Below, one piece after another: positions 52,791 to 64,000 of a stretch of DNA of 64,000 bases. Within the stretch, counting starts at the first letter, position 1; every line of letters starts with the position of its first letter. Below the pieces are notes generated by a model that was not told where the DNA came from, made no database searches, and saw only the letters and a list, made by a program, of their open reading frames with translations. The DNA is from Epiperipatus broadwayi (Eukaryota; Animalia; Onychophora), in assembly GCA_028023455.1 (NCBI GenBank), contig JAQFVV010000005.1, positions 1,178,001-1,242,000 on the forward strand. Reading direction: 5' to 3'. The position numbers and the translations under genes were made by a program.

Positions 52791-55700
52791 CAAAGAAATA
52801 CATTTAGTCGCATAAATACACAAAAGTAAAAAATAAAATTTTATTTCATTTTTACCAATAAAAGTATGGAGTGATCATATTTATTAATTTCCATAAAGAA
52901 TCATTTAATAAACTTGCGACTCATACCCATTATGAGTAGATTAGCATTGGCACAGGGATGTGGGCATGATTTTTTTTTTTTAAAGAATTCAACTTATGAA
53001 TATATAAATATGAAAAGATGAATTCATATTGGTTTAGTTATTTTTGAATGAAGAGGATAATAAAATAGAATAATTAACTTTGAAGGGAAAAGTTTTGGAG
53101 AGGATATGATGTATTATGAGAGATTATGTCTTAATAAATGCCAAAAAGATAAATATATAGATAGGAAAAGCATAGATTATCTCTGGAACTTAAGATGACA
53201 TATAGAAGGTTGATATGGAGAAGGCATACATATTTGAAACATATAATTATCGACTGATATAATGAATTGATGAAATAAAGAAAAATATATATATAATTAA
53301 TTACTAATAATTGATTATTAAGATGACTAAATTAAGTTTTTATGGAAATGGTATAAATTGCAATAAAATAAAGAATATATATGTATTAATTACTAATAGT
53401 TAACTATTAAGAAGACCATAGTAACTTTGCAGTAACTTTAAGAAAAACAGTGATTAAATGCAGTAAAGTGTTAAAAATTAAAATAACAAAAACACAATAA
53501 AGCTGACTAAATACAATTGTTAGAATTAAATAAGGTAGTTTTTTTTTTTTTAAATAAAATGTTTTTATAATAGGAAATTTTAAATTTTGATAATTTTAAA
53601 TTTGAACTTTGCTAACAAATTTCTTTCACAATTCTGATTAGAAACATGACTAGCCTGATTTACCAACAAACCAACGAGTCTTTCTTTCATACACACGTAT
53701 ATACAAAATACTTGACTGCATGCATCATTCTCATTATCTTCTCTGATTAGAAAAATTCATTAAAAATGTATTATTTTAAGCTAGAAAAAATGACTAATAT
53801 AAATCTAAATTTAAACAAACAATTCTTAGCATATATCAAATGCAAAAAATTCGAAACATGATGACTAAGACAACATAACTCTTAGTTTTTGTGAGTTTAA
53901 TGTGTTGTATCAACATTTCTTGTGATATATTGTGTTTGCTATCCTTTGTTTAAAAAATACAGTATTTTCATATTTTGCATTTTATAGAAAATATGCATTT
54001 GAAGAAAAAATATTTATGAAATTCAACTTCTACAAAAAAAATCATTAAATGAATTAAGCAAGTAGAGAAATTCCTGTATATGTGTGCATATATATATAAT
54101 TACATACATATATAACTGTATATATACAACTTATTAGCAGAACTATAGAAATACAATTAATTACGGAGAACTACAAGAGAACCACAATCAATCGCAAGGG
54201 ATACATATTGTTATTATGTGGAGTTTGAAGTATTACACAACCAGAATGCTTATGAATAAGTTGATCAAAGAAAATCACACCGAGGGGTAAACATTCCTTA
54301 GTACACTGGCTTTCTCATCTTCATTATATGATCCTATTTTCCTAATTGCCTGTTTAAAAAATATTTGTTTGATGAACAGTTGCTGTGAAGATAAGTTCAA
54401 AATAAAAATTCTTGTTCCATCAAAAAGCTGTCTTTTGTAGTTTTGCACATGAAGATGTTTGAAGCCGATCTGAGCATGTCATCAATAGAAAGAGAAAAGT
54501 ATAAGAACCAGATTGGATTGGAACCTTTTATTTATTCACTTTTTTAAAAAAAAACAAAAAACAAATTAGCTGATGTTTATTTGCTTTTATCATTTCAATG
54601 TGTGATTGATTTAAAAAATTTTTGTTTGAAATATATTGAATCTTTTGACTTTAGTTAATTTATTGTATTCTTGTTATATCAATATATTTTTTAATAAACA
54701 TCAGTATATTTGCTGAATTTTTGCATCTTCATATATGTATGGCAGAATAATGATATTTTGTTAAAACATTAAATCTTTGGATATTCAAATTGCCAATCAA
54801 ATAGGTGTGTATGTGTGTGTATGTAGATAGACATATATCTTACTATAAATTAATGAAAAAGGGGGAGTGAGCTTTCATTTTATTTATTTATTTTTTGATT
54901 TAAATTTTGATGTTTGGGCTTTTATTAATATAAAATATTTGGCAAGAATAAAGTATATTAAGTTATAATTTAGTTAATGTTATCTCCATATTTCCACACA
55001 AATTTGAATTATTAATTCTGTTTTTGCTATCCTAAGAAATTAAAAAGTACTGAGCAAGCATATGTATATAATCGGGATTACAGTATCAGGAATTTTAAGT
55101 TGATATCTTTACATATTGTTTCTTGGAAAGTTGTGCCAAGACTTGTGATTTGGACTTCACAAAAATGCTCTGCTTAGGATAGATTTTGCAGATCATTATA
55201 ATAATAGACATGTAGAAAAGAGATCTGGAAATATAGGTAATAATTATTAGTTTGATCCTTTCTTAATAAAATGAGTTTATAACCCTGTATGTCCAATTAT
55301 TTATCTTAGCTTGAAATAATTCCACATGTGGTTTGTGTACTTGGTGTTATTTTGGAATTGTGCACACTTTGTGTGAAGCTGGTAATAATTAGAATAATTT
55401 AAAGTGAGATCAAAATGTGGGTTTTATAGTATAGTAGTTTCAATGTATTGAATAGCTGCTATCTTGTTTAGTAAATAATGATGCCCCAAGCATGGTCTAA
55501 TTAAAGTGTTATTGAATAGATTCCTGGTATAATATATTTTTTGAATTCAGTGCAATATTGTATTAAACTTTTTTGGTTTGCAAGAATATAATATTTCATT
55601 CACAAATGGTAATTGTTATATATTATAGCTATCTTTTTTTTTTTTTGTTTGCATCCAGTGTGTCAAAACTCACACAATCCATCTCATTTATTTTCTAAAT

Positions 55701-55817
55701 TCAGATAAATGAGTATATGTGGAGAAATCATTAATTGACTGATTAACTAGCTCTTATGAGGATTGTAATCTCAAATTATACACGGGTAAGGCAGGCTAAT
55801 GCAGTAATTACTACACT

Positions 55818-56468
55818 TGTGCTAGAGATAATCTCTAGTTTAGAAAATAATTAATAATAATCATTATTGTATTTATCTGAGGTGGATGGTGTCAAAGTTG
55901 TGAGTGGAGTGAGTTTGACAATGTAAATAAAAACGTAACAATTTATTCATATATATATATAAAAATGCAAAACCATAAAACAATACAATACTAGATTAAA
56001 TTTTAAAAATTTTACCAAAATCCTTACACAACCATGGTTTTTATTTTTGCTAGTATAGTGTTAGACAGTTTTGGTTTTATATATATATATATATAGGAGA
56101 TAGTGACCTAGGCCTACTGATGAGTACTGGTTCAGCACAAAATGCATCTTGGGGGTCATTTGTCTTTTATTGTATCTTTATTTATATGAATTTAAAAAGA
56201 ATGGGGAAGTATGGAGATTGTTTGATATATCTATAAAGATATTACACATGAGAAAGAAAGGTGAACAACTCCATGGGTGTGTATGTTTAAAATTAAAAAA
56301 ATCAGATATATCAATCTTTAACTGAGGTTTAAAGTTTATATCTGTGCTAGAGATAATCTCTAGTTCAGAAAATGATTAGTAATAATCATTATTATATTTA
56401 TCTGAGATAGATGGTGTCAAAGTTGTGAGTGGAGTGAGTTTGACAATAGTAAATAAAAATGTAACAAT
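55818..56468. repeat. Two ~125-bp direct repeats (55818-55942 and 56343-56468)
   Basis: tgtgctagagataatctctagtt...gatggtgtcaaagttgtgagtggagtgagtttgacaat...gtaacaat occurs twice, about 90% identical. Confidence 0.9.
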
Positions 56469-57143
56469 ATACTAAGGAATCCTTTGCATCATATTGTTTA
56501 TGTATAAGATCAATTATATTATTATAATTTGTAATTTAAAAATATAACACCCTTTTACAATTGTAATTTATCAATATTTGTGCTTACAAGTTACATTCAG
56601 AAAAGTTTAATATGACCCGTGAAAGTGGTAAGCCTCAATAAGTACGAATTTAGTATAATTAGTATAGCGTATAAGCACAACTATTGATATTATAATTTGT
56701 ATAAATCAGAAGGCCGTTTAGTTCCAAGATTTCATGTGGCTGCATGAATCTAGTATTGAAATTGGTCTATGTTTTAGCGGTTCTTTTATGTCCTATTCTA
56801 AAACCATTTAGGAACATGCAAGGAACTAATATGATGTGGTTGTTGTATCTTCCTTGTACATATCACTATGATACAATTTAATTTAAAAACTATACACACT
56901 CGCATATCATCTTTACATAGAGTTGCTATTATCATTAGCTTTGAGCTTTTGAACTCTTAAAGAAAATCTATGATAGCATTACCAAAATTGTAAACAATAG
57001 TTTTACAATACATGTTACAAGAAAATGATTGACTGGGAAATGGTGCATTTTTAGACAAGTAGATGGATATAACATTTATGAATTTAATATATTTAAAAAT
57101 TATTATTCAATACTTTTTTTTAGACTGGGTTATTGAAATATTG

Positions 57144-57259
57144 AATGGTGATTCCATGGTTAATTAGGGGACAATGATGCAAAAAAGAATATATATATAT
57201 AAATGGTGATTCCATGGTTAATTAGGGGACAATGATGCAAAAAAGAATATATATATATA
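57144..57259. repeat. Perfect 58-bp tandem duplication
   Basis: aatggtgattccatggttaattaggggacaatgatgcaaaaaagaatatatatatata present twice, at 57144 and 57202. Confidence 0.95.
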
Positions 57260-58238
57260 GCAATATGATGGATTATATAATTATTTTCATGTGAAAGCAT
57301 ATATAGTATAATTGTGATTTTCACCTTTTATTTAAATTAATGTTATTTAACAGTCATTAGTGGAAGAAAACTTTCTATACATATAGTCAAAGTTAACTTT
57401 TTTACTCCCCCCTCCCCTAATGTTAATAGCTTAAGCTGCTCTCAAACTAAATCTTTTTTTTTTCTGAAGGGAATTTCTGCAAAAGTACAAAACAATTACT
57501 TCACTCCCTGACTAAAATCATATCTGAGAAAGTTGTTTACTTTAAATAGTTGATATTGGAGCATGGATTAAGAGTAAACTTGAGAAAATGAATTTTCTAG
57601 GAATATTGACTTGAGAATTTTTATTTAATACTTTAAATAAGTAAAAATCTCCAGAGAACTAATGTTTTAGTTTTTAGCGTTTCCAGTTGGAATGAAATTG
57701 ACAGATTATTCTAAAGATTATATTTTATATATATTAAAATTGATATATTTATTAGATAATCAATTTGGCAAAATTAGAGAAATAAATTTCCAGAACTCTT
57801 ATGAGATTTTTTTTTTCTGTTAAATTTGAGGTGCAAAGAGTTTAATTTCAGGGATGTATTAGATGCATAATCCGGTTTAAAAATTCAGCTATGAATGTTG
57901 CTCTTTATAGTTTATAATTGGTCAAATGAGCATTAATGCACTGATTATAAAAACAAACAGCACAAGTTTCAATATGCTAAACCTGGAGTTTACCTTTGTC
58001 TTTTTTTATGTTAAATAAATAAATGTTCAGGAAATCATAAAAAGTGAATAAAAGTGAGAACAGATGTTGAACTCCAGAGTTCACTAATCTTAGGATTATA
58101 ACAAAACAATTGTAAAAGAAAATCATTTCAATATACAGTTAACACCATTTACAGTATCTATACTAACAAAAAAATAATTATTTACACCTTTTTTTTTTTA
58201 AAATCTTATTTTATAAATTTATTTAAACGCACATTACG

Positions 58239-58439
58239 TAAGTAATATTCATTAAGGCTGTAGCCTCAAGCACATGCGTATAAAATGCGATAGTAAGGAT
58301 CTCTACATGTCTTAAACCACAAGCTTACTCTTTGGAAGGGTTCCAAAGAGTAAGCTTGTGGTTTAAGACATGTAGAGATCCTTACTATCGCATTTTATAC
58401 GCATGTGCTTGAGGCTACAGCCTTAATGAATATTACTTA
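58239..58439. repeat. Perfect palindrome: 99-bp arms and a 3-nt GGG loop
   Basis: 58239-58337 is the exact reverse complement of 58341-58439 on base-by-base reading. Confidence 0.95.
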
Positions 58440-58718
58440 ATCTTATTTTAAAATTTATGATATTTCTCAAGATTACCAAGCTTTATTTTGCTCATTTGTA
58501 ACAAAAACATATCCACACTCTTTTCAGTATAGATCTAACAATAAATTATTTTATTGTAATATATTTATTAATTATTATAATAAACTGACAGATGATAAAT
58601 TTATTTTCTTTGATTAGAAGACTGTTTGCTCTAAGTAAAATAAATGTTCTAATAAATTTAATGTAACTTTATTTTGTATATGATAAATGATATATTTAAT
58701 TCAGATTAGTTTATAAGA

Positions 58719-59887
58719 GAACAAGCTGGATTTAAAAGTGGTTTTAGTGCAGTAGATCATATCCAGGTATTGAGAGAAGTTATGGAAAGGACAAATGAAT
58801 ATGAGTTGCCATTATGCTTTGGATTTGTAGATTATGAAAAGGCGTTTGATCCTATAAACATTTCTTCAGTGATTAAAGCATTGGATCATCAAGCTATCGA
58901 TCCAAGATATTGTCATATTTTAAAGAATATTTATAAAAATGCAACAGCAACAATTAGATTACATAATGTTACTGGGAAAGTCAACATTGAGAAGGGTGTA
59001 AGACAGGGTGACTCTATATCTCCAAAACTTTTTACAGCAGTGCTACAAGAAGTATTTTGTGGATTAAAATGGGAAGCTAAAGGAGTGAAAGTAAATGGAG
59101 GTTATTTAAGTCATTTAGATTTTGCAGATGATGTAATTGTTTTTGAAAATAATGCTTTGGAGTTGCAGGAAATGTTGCAGGAGTTATCAGAAGAAAGTAG
59201 GAAAGTAGGACTAAAGATAAATGTTAAAAAGACTAAAGTAATGTTTAATGGATTTTCTAAAAGTATGAAAATTAAGATTGATTATGATGAGTTAGAAGAA
59301 GTTAACAGTTACAAATACCTTGGTCAGATTATTAATACAGATGGAAACCTAAGGGATGAAATTAATCATAGAATTAAACTTAGTTGGAGTGCTTTTGGTA
59401 GAAATAACTTGATACTAAAAAGGAAATATTTGAAAAGGAAAGTTTTTAGTAAATGCGTTTTACCAGTTCTTACTTATGGATCTGAGACTTGGATACTTAA
59501 TAGAAGAGCAATACAGAGACTTCAGATCACTCAAAGAAGTATGGAGAGATGCATGTTGGGAGTAACAAGAAGAGATCGAAAACACAATATATGGGTAAGA
59601 GAACAAACAGGTGTTACCGACCTTATTGAAAAAATTAAAAGACTGAAGTGGAGTTGGGCTGGACATATTGCTAGAAGAGATGATAATAGATGGACAACTG
59701 AAATCTTAATCTGGATTCCAAGAGATTGTAAAAGACCCAGAAAGAGACCACATATGAGATGGATGGATGAAATGAGAAAGTGTGCAGGGGTGATGTGGAG
59801 AAGAGAATCTAAAGATCGGAGGAGATTGATTGAACTTGGAAAGACCTTCATCCTGCAATGGATTGATAATGGTTGATGATGATGATG
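58719..59887 (+). mobile_element. 5'-truncated young RTE LINE with an uninterrupted RT/C-terminal frame
   Basis: Highly similar to 3447-4621. 368-aa open frame, (GAT)n tail, and 11-bp TSD agtttataaga at 58708-58718 and 59888-59898. Confidence 0.93.
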
Positions 59888-60277
59888 AGTTTATAAGAAA
59901 ATTTGACTTTGTTGACAAATCATTCATTTGCAAATGATTAAAACTTGAAAGGTAATGATAATTTTTTTAAAAATAATTATTTGTAAATAATTATAATAAA
60001 TTCTGAACTTATAACTTTGAATATTTATAATGTAATAAATAGCATATATTTTTTGAATAAATAATTGAATAAAATATTTAAATTTTAATTATATGTAAAT
60101 TCCAATTTCTAGAAATAATTCAATTTCAGTAATGAAAGTTTTTTGTGTATGTTAAATATTTGAATTATTGAAGTATTTGTCATTAAATTTAGAGATATTT
60201 TATAATTTATTATTCAATATGGATTTTTTAAATCTTGTTTACTACACATATAATATTATATTTACAACTTTTTGTAG

Positions 60278-60376
<99 letters not shown>

Positions 60377-62860
60377 TAAGTTGATTATAACATGATCTCA
60401 TTTGTTTTTCAAAGAGAATTGAGATAATCTTTTGAATAAAATAATTGTATATGTAAATATATACAATAATTTAATCCATATACATTTCAATGCTTTTCCA
60501 CTGTACCCTAGCAGCAATTTGAGCTATTCGTTTTATTTTATTATGAAAACCATTATTCATTATATTGAATCGATAAATTGAACTTCATTTTATTAGAAAT
60601 ATAAGTTTGCAAACAAAAAACATTTTTTAAAAAAATTTTTTGAATTTTGCAAATATAGTAATATGTATGCATATATTGCAAAGTGAAATACATTAATTAA
60701 GAAACAATTTTTTTTTTTCTTGGATGATTATCAAAATGCCAGTTGAAAAAATAAAACTAACAAAATCTTTGAACTTTATTTCTATAATGTGAACAAAATA
60801 ATGTTATGTGACTATAAATCTAGGAAATTCTTATTTAAAATTGTATTTATAGTTATTAAAATGTCATAAAAGATTGATTCTACTATATTTAGCAAGTCAT
60901 TACCTATTGTAGTTTCCTTTTTATTATTATATAAAAAATTTTTGTTTTTCAATTATTATACAAATTATTTAAATAAACTATGGAATATATATATATATAT
61001 TTTAATCATCATTAACAACAAATAAAAGAATTTACAATAAGTCCCGCAAAGAAACTACCAATCAAAGATCCAGTAGGCATGATTTGATTCCTTTGTAGGT
61101 TTTTTGGCTGTAAAATACTGACCTCTTCAGATTTGTTTTTGAACTAAATCTTTGTATTTTAGTTCTAGTTTTCACCGGCAAAGCCAAAACACAGCATCAT
61201 CATTACATTACTTTATAATATCAAGAAACTAAGAATCAGTTTGTTAAAATGCGTTCATCTAACTTTAAAAAAAATTGTAAATTGAGATCTATAATTTTTT
61301 TTATAGCAGACAAGATTGCTGTCAGATTTTAATATTTTGTAAATAGAAGTAATTTCCAGGGATACAAATTAACTTGTTTTGCATATTTATTTTTTAAAAT
61401 TTAAATTTGCTTATTAAACTTGTGTGTCATAGATACTATGTATGGATAATCAAATATACGTAATACTATACTGGAAATGAATTTTTCTTAAAAAGAGCCG
61501 ATTGGCTGATTTTTAATATTATATGATAATTTATGAAGTTTTTGATAATACTGGCCAATTGATTGACCAACTTTTTTAAAGTTATTGAGAATAATTTGCA
61601 CACACACATATATATATATAGATAGTAGTAAATTTTAAAAGGCCCTATTCTATATTTTTGCTACATCTGTAATATTTTTTTATAATTAAGTAGTCCTCAA
61701 TACTAAGTTAAATCTTAACAATGATAAGACTTAATGTTTTTTTTTGTATCAGGGTCAAAATTTTTGCTATTTAGATTTTTCCATGTAGACCCAAATACTT
61801 TTATCAAAAGATTCTCTAGCACATCTATTTAGCATTATTCAATTTAATTTTTCATAAATCCAATTTTGTTGTTGAGGATAGCGACATGGAAGAAATATCC
61901 CATTCGATTATCATAATAAAGGATGGTATTTCGTGTCAGTAATGCAGTTTGCCATTTAATTTTTAAGTCTGCTAAGCAATATTCACTTCTGGGTGGAAAT
62001 GGGATCACTACAATGCAGAGTTTTATAAACCATTGATTGAATATAACTGACTTCTTTTTATAATCTTCATACTTTATTACAAAAAACCATGTACACACTA
62101 TTTTTATAGGGGTGTTTTTATTTATCTACTAATCAAAATAATATAGCTAGAGTGATTATATATTTCTGTAAAATTTACGATGCTTGGTTTTTTTAAATAT
62201 TGGACTTCTGAATTTCAGTGCAGAGAATTGAAAGTTTAAAGAGTCTTAAGATTTGAATTGAAGGTGATAAAGTTTGTTGAAAGCTTAAGCTTATTATCAA
62301 AGTATCATTGGGATGAGAGAAGTAGTGTTGGGGGAAGTGAAAAGACACGAGTATAAATTGAAAAATTACATACTGACTGTAGGCAAAAAGAATATATTTG
62401 TTTAATTCCATATATTTTTACATACTTACATAGAATTGGTTATAGGTATAAGATTAAGTGTACCTGTATGTAATCAGTACAAGAGGATTTCCAAGTTTAC
62501 ATAAGTAAGCTGACTGGCACACAAAACTGTAAGCAGTGATATACTGCTTTCAGTAGATTATAACTAAACATATAATAGAATGTAATTCAATATGCATTGC
62601 TCTGAAAATGTAAGTTATTTATTTATTCTAAGCCAAAGAAATCCAAGTAGAATTTGCAGCAAAAGAGAGTTGTGAATTTACACACTTTTATTAGTATAAT
62701 GAATTGATTTTATGATAATGATAGCACCAAGAAAATACTCTATATCTATGTAAGTATAAATAAAATATAAAATAACTACTTTGGGGCAAAGGCTTCTCTT
62801 ACAAACTGAAATAGCATTATCACGTTAACAAGTCAACCAATGGTGTGGGTGTGCATATAT

Positions 62861-63061
62861 ATATAATTAAGTTCCAACCAGTAACCACCTAAACATTCAC
62901 AATAATATATAGTAATCAATATTTCTCACTGCTGTCAAGGCAACCTTCACACCTTTTAATAGCAAGAAGGTGTGAAAGTTGCCTTGACAGCAGTGAGAAA
63001 TATTGATTACTATATTTTACTGTGAATGTTTAGGTGGTTACTGGTTGGAACTTAATTATAT
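62861..63061. repeat. Near-perfect palindrome: 95-bp arms with 3 mismatches and an 11-nt loop (MITE-like)
   Basis: 62861-62955 compared with the reverse complement of 62967-63061. Confidence 0.93.
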
Positions 63062-64000
63062 CATTATCCCAGATTAGCTTTAGGCACTATTTCGCTTATA
63101 TATATATATATATTGTGCCAGACATTATTAAATGGTCTTGCACAAAATCTGCTGTAAAGAATATTACAGCAGATACATATATAGATTTGTACATATTAGG
63201 CACAACAAATATATAAATGCGCTATATTAATAATGGAAGTTGGATCTGAGCAATTAGAATAGCCACACACACCAATCTAAAGAAAACATTTAATGGTCAC
63301 ACAAATATTGTACACATATAATAAACTCATGTATTTTTTTTTATTTTTCATTTTTGTATATTTTATGATATGTTATTTTATGTATTTTGCTTTTTTCTGA
63401 AAAATTCAAATAGAGAAAAGCAAATTTATTAAACAAATGGATCAAATGTTGGAACATATTAGTAAAGTAAATAATTGAAGCAATTGTTCCAACATACTTG
63501 TATATATTTTTTTTATTATATTTTTTTTTAATTACTTTTTTAAAAACTAATTTTATTCTGTAAACTAAGAATGTTAATTGCTTTTGCAAAAATCTGATCA
63601 AAAGCAAAATGTTTGATAATGCTATAATTAAACTGTTATCTTTTTAAAAATTCTTTTGAATTGATTTTGTAAGCAAGTGGTCTGGGTTATTCAAGATGGA
63701 AACCATTATATCAAACTTAAAATGTAGAATTTAATCGGAAAAATTGTAAGAAATGTTATAATCTAAATGATAAGATAAATTGAAAGGATTGGCTGATTCA
63801 TACTTCTCAGAGGGCTAGTGGAATTGATATAGTTTAGTCAGTGCTGTGAGATTCATTCTTTCTTTGGCAGTCGTTCTGGGCAAGTCATTCAGTACTTTGG
63901 CTCCAGAGTTTGGTAAATCATCTAGCTACTTGAGATTAATTTATGGAGTAGACTACAGCAGATAATTTCTAAGAAGAAATCCATTGTACAGTTCTTTTAA

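Larger units (their letters stand above)
7434..60277 (+). other. GAPDH: 52,844-bp GT-AG intron of GAPDH
   Basis: The flanking exons join in frame (YTEDE|IVSSDF) with no GAPDH residues missing. No alternative copy of either exon was seen between them. Confidence 0.85.

Noticed and set aside
54440-54545. Open frame LHMKMFEADLSMSSIEREKYKNQIGLEPF after a tttgtag acceptor
   Set aside because: No recognisable homology and no partner exons, so it cannot be distinguished from chance.
1325-59887. Sense-orientation excess of RTE copies (about 7 + versus 3 -)
   Set aside because: The sample is too small to differ from 50:50.
62711-62730. tatgataatgat (YDND) as the final GAPDH exon
   Set aside because: There is no AG-G acceptor before it and the following residues (STKKI) do not match EFGYSNRV. 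The last exon lies beyond the window.

Overview
AT-rich, CpG-depleted animal genomic DNA; the taxon cannot be determined from this window. The only host protein-coding sequence I can support is two consecutive + strand exons of a glyceraldehyde-3-phosphate dehydrogenase (GAPDH) gene. They lie at 7350-7433 ([28 protein letters not shown]) and 60278-60375 ([33 protein letters not shown]). A single phase-0 GT-AG intron of 52,844 bp joins them. Neither the preceding nor the final GAPDH exon is in the window, so the gene spans more than 64 kb. Most other recognisable sequence is transposon-derived: a deleted pogo/Tigger element carrying a nearly intact full-length RTE LINE, about ten further RTE fragments, three diverged L1/Tx1-type LINE 3' ends, and a 1.9-kb TIR element with an 8-bp target-site duplication (TSD). 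There are also tRNA-derived SINEs and several fold-back/MITE-like palindromes, one with perfect 99-bp arms. Unexplained signals are possible recursive splice points dividing the giant intron into near-equal thirds, a CpG-retaining island bracketed by twin promoter-like motifs, and three 57-58-bp tandem duplications. All alignments were made by eye; boundaries of degraded repeats are approximate.
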